A stretch of DNA of 64,000 nt from Anaeramoeba ignava BMAN (taxonomy: Eukaryota > Protista > Anaeramoebae), in the NCBI GenBank assembly GCA_028826165.1, contig JAPDFW010000127.1, positions 85,293-149,292 of the forward strand. Direction: 5' to 3'. A program made the position numbers and the translations under genes. A model generated the notes under the pieces. It was not told the DNA's origin. It searched no databases and saw nothing but the letters and a program-made list of their open reading frames with translations. Below, piece after piece: positions 1-11,300 of this stretch (position 1 is its first letter; every line of letters starts with the position of its first letter).

Positions 1-1372
1 ATGGATTTTAATTTTAATTGAAGATTTGCTAATAAAATACATTTGCAAATGTTTGTGATTTTTTTGCTTTTGATAAACTTGGAATAACTGAACTACAAAG
101 ATTTTTAAAAGATTCCAAATCTGATTTTTCAAGAAAATTTGCAGAAATTATTTGAATCAAATCAATAAATGAATTAAATATTTCTAGTCGGCAACTATTT
201 TTTTTTGTTTCAAAAAATCGAACAATAGCGGATAATTCTTTGCTTTTTATTTTGGAAAGTATTTTAGGAAGTGATTCAAGTAATGAATTCTTCATTTTAA
301 ATTCATTCATCATTATATCAATTGCACAAATAAGATTAATAATAGATATATTAATTTGAATTTGTGTTCTTGAGACTTTCTTGATTTTCCATCGAAATTT
401 AATTTTGATTTTTTCTGTTGGAAATTTTTGTATTTGATTTAGAAGCATTAAATTTTCTAAAGAATTTCTGTTTTTAATTTTAAATTTAATTTTGATTTTA
501 ATTTTGATTTTAAATTTAATTTTAATTTTGATTTTAATTTTAATTTTAATTTTAATTTTAATTTTAATTTTGATTTTTTAAATGAATTTTAATTTTAATT
601 TTTAATTTAAAATTTAAATTTAATTAATTTTGATTTTAATTTTAATTTTAATTTTATAAATGAATTTTAATTTAAATTTGAATTTTGATTTTAATTTTAA
701 TTTTAATTTTAATTTTAATTTTAATTTTAATTTTAATTTTAATTTTAATTTTAATTTTAATTTTGATTTTGATTTTGATTTTGATTTTGATTTTAATTTT
801 AATTTTAATATTGATTTTGATTTTAATTTTAATTTTAATTTTATAAATGAATTTTGATTTTAATTTTGAATTTGATTTTGATTTTGATTTTGATTTTGAT
901 TTTGATTTTGATTTTTGAATTTGATTTTAATATTAATTTTGATTTTAATTTTAATTTTAATTTTAATATTGATTTTGATTTTGATTTTATAAATGAATTT
1001 TAATTTTAATTTTAATTTAAATTTTAATTTTAATTTTAATATAAATTTTATAAATGAATTTTAATTTTATAAATGAATTTTAATTTTAAAATTGAAAAAC
1101 AAACTTGTGCTGAATAATATTTTCTTCGTTTACACCAACACAACTTGTAAAAATATTTCCCCAAATAATTATATAAGGTTTTGGAACTTGTTGAGATAAA
1201 AGTTGATAATTAACTGGAAAAATTATAATTTTACGAAGAGATGTTTGCTAATTAAATAGAAATTTTGAAAATAAGAAAATTGATTGATTTATTATTTAAA
1301 ATATTGTTATTATTTTGTGGTTGTTTTATTTACTTTTTTATTTTTTTGATTTTTATTATTTTTGTTAGACAT
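1..1372 (-). CDS. Hypothetical protein, 3'-partial (runs off the window start), intron-containing
   Basis: Candidate ATG at 1372-1370, coding-like stretch ~1107-1370, a TTTTAA/TTTTGA repeat tract ~460-1095 (probable intron), then ORF 29..448. No family recognised; the 5' frame is interrupted. Confidence 0.35.
460..1095. repeat. (TTTTAA/TTTTGA)n hexamer tract, probably intronic
   Basis: Read directly; source of the spurious FNFNFN ORF 660..857. Confidence 0.9.
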
Positions 1373-2000
1373 TTAAAAAGAAAATTAAAAAATGAAAAAA
1401 ATGAAAAAAATGAAAATAAAATTAAAAAAAAATTTAAATTTCAAAAAGCAAAAAAAATTATTCAAAAATTGAATTAGATCAATCTAAAATTTACAATTTA
1501 AAAAAAATAAAAGGGGGTTAAAAAGACAAAATTCTGTTTTTTTTTCTTATTTTTTATTTATTTTATTTTTATTTTTATTTTCTCCTTTTTTTTTCTCCTT
1601 TTTTTTTTTCCACTTAATCATTAGTTAATCAATTAGGAAATAATTTAATTAATTAATTAATTAGGAAATAATTTAAAAATAATTTGGAAATTAAAAGAAA
1701 TAATAAATAAAAGAAATTTTTCATTTTGATTTCATTTTGATCTTTTTTTTTTTTTAAAAGAAAATTTGATTTTAAATCTTCTTTAAATTTTAGATTAACG
1801 TTTTTTTAATTTTTGGATTTTGGACAACTGGATACAGTTTTTTTTTTAAATTAAAAAGTGATTTATTTTTTTATTTTTTAATTGATCATTTTTTTTCTTT
1901 CTTTTCTTTTATAATTTTTTTTTTTTTTTTAAAATTCTTAGTTTTTATTTTTTTTCTTTTTATTTTCTTTTTATTTTTACTGTTATTTTTTTTATTACAA

Positions 2001-5000
2001 ATGAAATATATTTTAGAAAAAAAAATTGGAGCAGGAGCTTTTGGTTTAATTTATCAAGGAAAAGATAAAAATACAAATGAAAAAGTTGCAATAAAAATTG
2101 TAAAAAATTAAATTTAATTAAAAATTAAATTAAAATTTAAATTATTTTATTAAAAAATAAAACAACTCAGGAAAACAATAAAACAAAATATCCTCAATTA
2201 TTTCATGAAAACAGAATTTATCGAATACTTTCTGGCGGAGTTGGTATTCCTAAAATCAAATGGTTTGGTTCTGAAGGGGATCATAATATTCTTGTTATGG
2301 ATCTTTTAGGTCCAAGTTTAGAATCTTTATTTCATCAATGTTCAAGAAAATTCTCTTTAAAAACTGTTCTTTTAATTGGTGATCAATTGGTATTAAAAAA
2401 TAAATATTAAATTAAATATTAAAATAAATATTAAAATAAATATTAAATTAAATATTAAAATAAATATGAGTGATTTGAGGCTGATGTGAAAAATTTTTTT
2501 TTGTTTATTTTTTTTCCCTTTTTTAATTAAAATTGAACAAGAAATCTCGATAAAAGCCTCAAATTTTGGTGCTTCCTGAGGCACGATAAAGGTTTATTTC
2601 TTTGAGAATTAGAAAAATTGAATCAAAAAAAATCAATCAAAAAAAATCAATCAAAAATCAATCAAAAAAAAAGAAAAATGAATTAGATTCTTGTCAAAGA
2701 AAAAAGGAATAGAAAGAGTGATTATTTTTTCTTAATCTTCTCTTGTAAAAATCATCATTGTAAAAGTATCTTCTGTTCTAAAAGGATTCACGGGAAATAT
2801 ATGAGCATCACTTATTCCAAAAAAATTTGAACTAGTTTCGGTTTCTAAGATTTCAGTCCAATAATGACCTTCATTGGCATTTCCAATATGGCGTATTGAT
2901 CCAAGCAATTTCATTTCAGTTTCTTGATTAGGACAACTCTGAAACATGAAAGATTTGACATTGATCTTTTCTTCACATTGAATTTTGGTTCCAATTCTTG
3001 TTGTAGATTGAGTCAAGGAATCATAATAAGTTCTCTTGAAAAAAATAACCAAATATTTAGGAATAGTCAAAAGAGACAATTTAATGGAGCTTTCTACTTT
3101 TTGGTCACAATTTTCACAGTGATAATGTTGAGAGAAATCTAAATCCTTTTCAGCGAAATAATTATCGAGCATTGAAGAAATGCTAATTTCTCCGTTCAAA
3201 ATTGGAAAGCTAATCACAAGACTTGTTTCTTGAGGAAAGGAGTAAGTAAATCTTTTACATTTCTTACATGTCACCTTTTGCACAATACGAATGCGAAAAT
3301 CATTTATTATAGCTCGATTGTGAATATCAAATTCTTGATAAAGAAGATCATATGGAACATTGAAATCTGAAATATTCTCATTTGATATTAAATCCATCAA
3401 GGAAACAAAAAATTCATGTATATCTTGTTCATTAGTGTTGGAAAATTGAGTCACATGTTCTCCTATTACCTTTCTTAGTGGAGTTATATTAATCGATTCT
3501 TCTGAAGATTGTAAAATATCGCTCAAAGTTTCAGAAATATCACCTAAACCTAATAGTTCAATTACAGAAGTTCTTAAAAGCACTTGAATGATGGAAGCGA
3601 TATAGCATGAATTGTGTGAATTTGGAATCTTTCTTAAATTCTAATCAAAAATTAAAATGAGAAAATCAAAAAGAAAAAAATAATAAAAGAAGAATTTTCT
3701 TACTCCTGTTTTGCAAATGGATATTGATGATGTAAAATTCTTTTGTTTTGGGAGATTATCTTGAAATTTTGAAATGCGCAAATTTTTGATTTCTTCTTTT
3801 TCTTCAAATTCAATTTTTCTCTTGACTTGTTGATGTTTTCTGGAAGAACTTCGTAGATTTCCATTCATATGATTCATTTCCTTCATCTTCTTTTCTCTTT
3901 GTGAATGAAATTTTTGTGTTTCATTTGGAATCACCTTTTCATTTTTGGAATTTGTCATTTGAGTATTAAAGAAAGGAATAGAATAATTCTCCTGAATTAA
4001 TGCTGAATTTTGTTTAATTCCAAATTCTTTCTCTTGAAAAATTTGTTCAATTATAGGTATTCTTCTTTTTCGAAAATTGGTGTTTGGCATTCTTGCAGTT
4101 TTCAAGTTTCCTTTTAAGAAAATAAAAATGTGTGATTTTTTAATTTTTGCAATTGGATTCTTGTAAAGAAATTTGAGTGCTCTATTCACATTCAAAATAA
4201 TTGGTGTTGTGTTACTAAGTTGAGATAAATAATCAAAAAGTAAATTAATAGTTGTAATATCCCCAAAATTTGCCTTATTCCTTGATATGTTACCAAAATG
4301 ACGATCAGACATATGTTTAGCGTGGTTTCTAAGAAAGAAAATTACCTTAATATCTAAAAATTGCGAACTAAAAGCATCAAAAATCATCCCCAGAACAAAG
4401 TTATTTTTAATGTGTCCTCCATTATCAGAAAAAATCCTTAGTTTTGATATGTTTAATAGATTTCTTTTATGTTGCCATTCATTGAATTTATATCGAAAAT
4501 CTTGAAAACTTTGAAGAACAAATTGGGAATCCTATAAGAGAAATAGAAAATTAATAGAATCAAAAAGGAATTCAATTTTTAAACTTACTTTAGTTTGATC
4601 CTCTGAAATATAATCGAAATAGAACAACTGTTTTTCAAACTGAATAGTAATATTGAAGATCACCCATGATTTTTTATGATAGAATTCTTGTGTTTCCCAA
4701 TTATCTCGATACTCTTGAAAATTGACTGCAAAGTCCAAGAATAAAATAATTTGATCAAGAAGTTGAATTTCCGATTTGTATAAATTTCTCATTTCAAGAA
4801 CTTTTCTTTGGTGATTCTGCCTTTTTTTCATGATTGGATTAGAACATTTTGGACACTGGAAAAAAAAAGCTGTTGCAGAATGAATTGAAAAATACTTTTG
4901 AAGAAGTGAGCAGAAAGTCCCATATTTAAGATCATTTCCTTTATCCTGTATTTGATTAAAAAGTCTTTTTTTTGTCAAACTTGTGCGGAAAACAGGTATA

Positions 5001-8000
5001 TCTTTTCTGCTGTAAAAATCAATCGTTGTAAATGTTTCTAAATGATCTAAAATTCGAAGGATATTTTTTTCATGATTTGTGAAAACCCATTCTTTTGATT
5101 TTGTTTGAGATTTTAGGTAAAATGGAATCTTAAAACGATGATGTTCACAATTTAAATGTCTCTTTAGCTTCCATGAATTTAAATTTTTCAATTCCTTATC
5201 ACAAGAAGAACAAAAAACTTTTTGTGTATCTAAATTATATGAAAGAAATGGATCCTGATCGATCATTTTTTGAGTATTCATTGGCACTTTCTTTCCACTT
5301 TTTGAAATAGAGATTTGAACATTCAAAATAGGAATTTCCTCTGAAGTTATTAGAAGAACTTGTTCTTTAACACAATTTAGGAAGATTACAAGTTGTGAAT
5401 TGTTTGAAATACGAACAGTTTTATCTTGAAAGAGATAGGTGAATGCTTGAATCTTTTGTCGAATATTGAAGTTATCTTTCACATCTTTAATTAAGGTTTT
5501 AAAGTTTAGGATCTTTTCAGCATCAAACACACAAAAATTTCCTTGAAAACGAATAAAAAAAGCTTCATTTAAAAGAAAAATGAATTGAGATTTTATCAAA
5601 AATTCCTTTTGAAATCCTCAAAAAGTGGACATTGATTTAATTAAAAAGAAAGAAAAGGAAAAATCTTCTTGATCTTATTTCAAAAAGAAAAACTAAAGAA
5701 AAATTGATTCTTTAAACTATTTGAAGAAAAAGAAATTGAAAAGGAAAAAGTGGACATTGATTTAATTAAAAAAAAGAAAAAGGAAAAAAATCTTCTTGAA
5801 CTTATTTCAAAAAGCAAAGAAAAATTGATTCTTCAATCAAAATACAAATGTCTAATATGTAAAGATATTTTGTAATTGAATTATCGATAAAAACAAATTG
5901 AAAGGGAGAAGAAAAGCAAAATGAAAAATCTGATCTTTTGATTTTTGATTGATTAAAATATGATTCAAAAAAAGTTATTTTAAAAAAGAAGTCTAAAATT
6001 TCTCTTTTATTTTTTTAAGAGATTTAAAAAAGAAGACATATATGAAATTTAAATTCCTTTTTTAAAAAAATTCCTTTATTAATAAAATCAAAAGTAAATA
6101 AATTTGATGAGAATTTTTTGGAACAATATAAAAAAAATCACTCAATAAATTGATTATTTGATATTTTAATTTTGAGGCTCAAGAGGCTTTTTTTTTTATT
6201 GATTTTTTTTGCAACAGAATCACTCATATTAAATTAAATATTAAAATAAATATTAAATTAAATATTAAATTAAATATTAAAATAAATATTAAATTAAATA
6301 TTATAATAAATATTAAATTAAATATTAAAATAAATATTAAATCAAATATTAAATTAAATATTAAATTAAATATTAAATTAAATATTAAATATTTTAGTTG
6401 ACTCGAATTGAATATCTTCATAAAAAAGGTTTCATTCATAGAGATATTAAACCAGATAATTTTTTGATTGGAACTGGAAAACATTCAAATCAAATTTATA
6501 TGATTGATTTTGGTTTATCAAAAAGATACAAAGATCCTGAAACTCATCTTCATATTCCGTATAAGAAAAACAAAAAATTAACAGGAACAGCAAGATATGC
6601 ATCTGTTAATACTCATTTAGGAATTGGTAAATAAAATCTAAATCAAAATTAAAATCAAAATCAAAATCAAAATCAAAATCAAAATTAAAATCAAATTCAA
6701 ATTAAAATTAAAATCAAATTCAAAATCAAAATTAAAATCAAAATTAAAATCAAAATTAAATTCAAAATTAAAATCAAAATTAAAATTAAAATTAAAATTA
6801 AAATCAAAATTAAAATTAAAATTAAAATTCAAAATCAAAATCAAAATCAAAATCAAAATTAAAATCAAATTCAAAATTAAAATTAAAATTAAAATTCAAA
6901 ATCAAAATCAAAATCAAATTCAAAATTAAAATTAAAATTAAAATTCAAAATCAAAATCAAAATCAAAATCAAAATCAAAATTAAAATTAAAATTAAAATC
7001 AAAATCAAAATCAAAATCAAAATCAAAATTAAAATTAAAATCAAAATCAAAATTAAAATCAAAATCAAAATCAAATTCAAATTTAAAATTAAAATTAAAA
7101 TTAAAATTAAAATTAAAATGAAAATCAAAATCAAAATCAAAATTAAAATTAAAATCAAAACATAGAACAAAGTAGAAGAGATGATCTTGAAGGAATTGGA
7201 TATGTTCTTTGTTATTTCCTTTTAGGTTGTCTTCCTTGGCAAGGTCTTAATGCAACAAGTAGAAAACAAAAGTATGAAAGAATTGCAGAAACTAAAATTC
7301 GAACAAGTGTTGAAGAATTAACAAAATCTTTACCAAGTAAAATTGAATTATTATTCTAAAAAATGAAACAATTTATTTATCAATTTTTTTTTTGTTTTTT
7401 TTTATTATTAAAAAAGTGGAATTTTCAATGTATTTATCAGTTGTCAGAAATTTACGTTTTGAAGAAACTCCTGATTATTCTTATTTAAGAAAAATTTTCA
7501 GAGATTTATTTTGCAAAGAAGGATTTTTATATGATGGTATTTTTGATTGGACTCCAAATGATGTAAAAAATTAAAATCAAAATTCATTTATAAAATCAAA
7601 ATTCATTTATAAAATTAAAATTCATTTATAAAATTAAAATTCATTTATAAAATTAAAATTCATTTATAAAATTAAAATTCATTTATAAAATTAAAATTCA
7701 TTTATAAAATTAAAATAGAAACAAACTCATCAATCAGGAAAAAAAGAACAAAAATCTATGATTTTATTGAAAACAAATCAAACTGGAAATGATTCTTTAA
7801 AAAGAAAAAGAATTAATCAATTTGGGAATAACAATAACAATAACAATAACAATAACAATAAGAATCCAAATTTAGAAACTAGTAAAACAAATGATCGAAA
7901 TTCTTCTATTCGTCTTCTTCCAAAAGAAGAATATTTAGGTAAAAGACATCGAGCACAAATCAAAAAAACTCGAACAACTCAAATTTCTCATAATCAAGAA

Positions 8001-8060
8001 AAGTCTACTTTATCTTTTTCAAATACAAAAACTCATGAAAGTCAATTAATTCGAGTTTGA
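2001..8060 (+). CDS. CK1: Casein kinase I family Ser/Thr kinase, 6 exons (2001-2099, 2171-2389, 6398-6626, 7166-7336, 7417-7562, 7719-8060)
   Basis: Manual splicing at GT-AG sites gives a continuous frame: [99 protein letters not shown]. These are all CK1 signatures. Confidence 0.95.
2732..5599 (-). CDS. Transposase-USP deubiquitinase fusion, 3 exons (5599/5568-4589, 4531-3704, 3640-2732), ~915 aa
   Basis: Phase-0 introns 4588-4532 (GTAAGT...TAG) and 3703-3641 (GTAAGA...TAG) join ORFs 4532..5599, 3641..4387 and 2732..3583 in frame. Motifs: CSSC..H..H Zn finger; CPKC; [18 protein letters not shown] and [16 protein letters not shown] (DDD triad); USP Cys box [32 protein letters not shown] Zn ribbon, [10 protein letters not shown], His box [10 protein letters not shown]...ISD. 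The start codon is uncertain. Confidence 0.8.
5621..5835. repeat. Imperfect ~90-bp direct repeat, two copies, in the transposon 5' (promoter) region
   Basis: AAAGTGGACATTGATTTAATTAAAAA...TCTTCTTGA.CTTATTTCAAAAAG...AAAATTGATTCTT begins at ~5621 and again at ~5747. Confidence 0.75.
6627..7165 (+). repeat. CK1 intron 3 filled with (AAAATC/AAAATT)n
   Basis: GT at 6627, AG at 7164-7165, hexamer repeat between. Confidence 0.9.
7563..7718 (+). repeat. CK1 intron 5 filled with the 18-bp unit AAAATTCATTTATAAAAT
   Basis: About 7 tandem copies between GT 7563 and AG 7717-7718. Confidence 0.85.
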
Positions 8061-8389
8061 ATGAATTTTTTTTTGAATGAATTTTTTTTTGATTGAAAAG
8101 TTGATTGGAAAATTAATCAATAGTTTTTTTTTAGTTCAATTCTATATATTTTTTTTTGCTTTGTTTTATTTGATGAAAAATGAAAATCCAAAATAGTTTT
8201 TAAATTGAAAAATTTATTTTTTATTTTTAATTTTTTATTTTTTTATTTTTTTGGAATTCATTTTTTTTTTTGTAAAATTTTATTTTAAAAATTATATTTA
8301 TTAAATTTAAATTGAAATTTTTTTTTATAAAATTTTTTTTTTATGTGTTAAAAATTAATTTAGAAATTAATTAACAAAACAAAAAAATT

Positions 8390-11300
8390 ATGGCATTTCG
8401 AGTTTCAAAGTTTAGACATGTTTATGGAACTGCATGTAAACCTGAAGAAAGATATTCAGATCTAAGTGTTTCATCAAAAGAAACAACAAGTAATACAATA
8501 ACTGTTTCAACAAAATTTTTCGCAATTCCTGCTTATGTAAAATTAAATTAAATTAAAAAATTATAATTAATTAAAAAATTATAATTATAATTATTTAGTC
8601 GGTTAGTGGTGGAAATGTTATAGTTCATTCTTTAGAAAAAGTTGGTAGAGGAACAAAAGCTCATCCTGTTATTCAAGGTCATACTTCTTATGTTACAGAT
8701 ATGACTTTTTCACCTTTTGATGATAATTTATTATTTACTTCTTCTGATGATGCAACAATAAAAGTATATTTATATCAATATTTATATCAATATTTATATC
8801 AATATTTATATCAATATTTATATCAAAATTTATATCAATATTTATATCAAAATTTATATCAAAATTTATATCAATATTTATATCAATATTTATATCAAAA
8901 TTTATATTAATATTAATATCAATATTTATATCAATATTTATATCAATATTTATATCAATATTTATATTAAAATTTATATTTATATTTATATCAATATTTA
9001 TATCAAAATTTATATCAATATTTATATCAATATTTATATCAATATTTATATCAAAATTTATATTAATATTTATATCAATATTTATATCAATATTTATATC
9101 AATATTTATATCAATATTTATATCAAAATTTATATCAAAATTTATATCAAAATTTATATCAATATTTATATCAAAATTTATATCAAAATTTATATCAATA
9201 TTTATATCAATATTTATATCAAAATTTATATTTATATTTATATCAATATTTATATCAAAAATTTATATCAAAAATTTATATCAAAATTTATATCAATATT
9301 TATATCAATATTTATATCAATATTTATATCAATATTTATCAAAATTTATATCAATATTTATATCAATATTTATATCAATATTAATATCAATATTTATATC
9401 AATATTTATATCAATATTTATATCAAAATTTATATCAAAATTTATATCAATATTTATATCAATATTTATATTTATATTTATATCAATATTTATATCAATA
9501 TTTATATCAAAATTAATATCAATATTTATATCAAAATTTATATCAAAATTTATATCAAAATTTATATCAAAATTTATATCAAAATTTATATCAAAATTTA
9601 TATTAAAATTTATATCAAAATTTATATCAAAATTTATATCGAAATTTATATTAAAATTTATATCAATATTTATATCAAAATTAATATCAAAATTAATATC
9701 AAAATTAAGATATGGAGAATACCAGATGAAGGATTAACAAGTAATATTTCGGATTGTGAAATGAAATTAGTTGGACACAAAAAAAGAATCTTAACAATCA
9801 AGCACAATCCAACTAGCAAAGACATATTAGCAAGTGGGTCACTTGATCAAACAATGAAGATCTGGGATATAGAAGAAGGAAAAGAAGTATCAACGATAGA
9901 AAATATATTTGGAGGAGAAGTTGAAGAAATAGATTGGAATTGGGATGGAAGTCAAGTTGTAAGTGTTTGCAAAGATACAAAAGTAAGAATATTCGATCCA
10001 AGAACACAAAGTGAAATGATTGAAGGAAAAACACATGTTGGAACAAAATCAAGAAGGGTTTGTTGGCTTGGAAACTCAACAAAGTTCATCACAACTGGTT
10101 TTGGAAGAGGTGTTCGTGAATACAGTATTTTTGACTCTCGATCAATGGAGAAGCCTCTAACTAATACTATTCTTGATTCATCAACAAGTATTCTTATGCC
10201 CTTTTTCGATAATGATTCCTCTTTGTTGTTTTTGGCTGGCAAAAGTGAAGGTACTATTCGTGCAATGGAAATTCTTGATTCAGATCCTTATTGTCTTTCT
10301 GCTACAGCTTTCCAAGAGGGAAATTTGCCTCAGAAAGGTTTGGCAATGTTGCCAAAAAGAGCAGTTGATGTCACAAAAACAGAAATTGTTAAATTTTTCA
10401 AAGTGACTCCAAGATTTATTGAATCAATATCATTTCAAATTCCTCGAAAGGTATTTATAAATTTTAATTTTAATTTTAATTTTAATTTTAATTTTAATTT
10501 TATTTCAATTTTAATTTTGATTTTAATTTCTATTTTGATTTTAATTTTAATTTTGATTTTAATTTTGATTTTAATTTCTATTTTGATTTTAATTTTAATT
10601 TTAATTTTAATTTTAATTTTAATTTTAATTTTAAATTTAATTTATATTTAATTTTATATTTTAATTTGATTTTGATTTTGATTTTGATTTATATTTTGAT
10701 TTATATTTTGAATTTATATTTATATTTAATTTTAATTTTGATTTTAATTTTGATTTATATTTTGATTTTAATTTTATATTTAATTTTAATTTATTTTATA
10801 TTTTAATTTAGACAACAAGCTACTTCGCAAAAGAATTATACCCAGATACTAAAGGTCCAGAACCATCACAATCAGGAAAAGAATGGCAAGAAGGACAAAA
10901 CAAAGAACCAATTTTAATAAGCCTTGAACCAACAAACTTGACAACAGATGGAGCATTCATTCAAGAAGAACCTAAAGAAGAAAATCAAAATCAAAACGAC
11001 GATGATATTAAAATAGATTACAGTATCAAATCAAAAGAAGAAAAAAAACCAGCAAAAAAATGGGTATCTCCATATGAATTGAAGAAAGAAGAAGAAGCAA
11101 AGAAACGGGGAGACACAAACGAAGACAAGGAAATCAAAATTCAAAGAAGAGATTCGCCAGTTCAAGTAGTAAGACAATCTCTTGTAAGACACACTTTTAT
11201 CACACCAGGAAAAACATCGGAACAATTTTTCGGACTCAAACTACAGAACATAAGACCAGTCCAGACAAACAGCATCGATGTGAACGAGAAGTTCTTCGCA

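Larger units (their letters stand above)
2468..6225 (-). mobile_element. Sola-like (Sola2-type) cut-and-paste DNA transposon inserted antisense in CK1 intron 2
   Basis: Termini GAGTGATT (2468-2475) and AATCACTC (6218-6225) are perfect inverted repeats, flanked by ATAT at 2464-2467 and 6226-6229. Removing the element and one ATAT restores the flanking TAAATATTAAAT intron repeat. It encodes a DDD transposase. An alternative parse is a TA duplication with ends 2467/6226. Confidence 0.85.

Noticed and set aside
2732-3583. Stand-alone host USP gene nested in the CK1 intron
   Set aside because: The ORF has no ATG of its own upstream of the Cys box, is reached by an in-frame splice from the transposase exon, and lies inside the TIRs.
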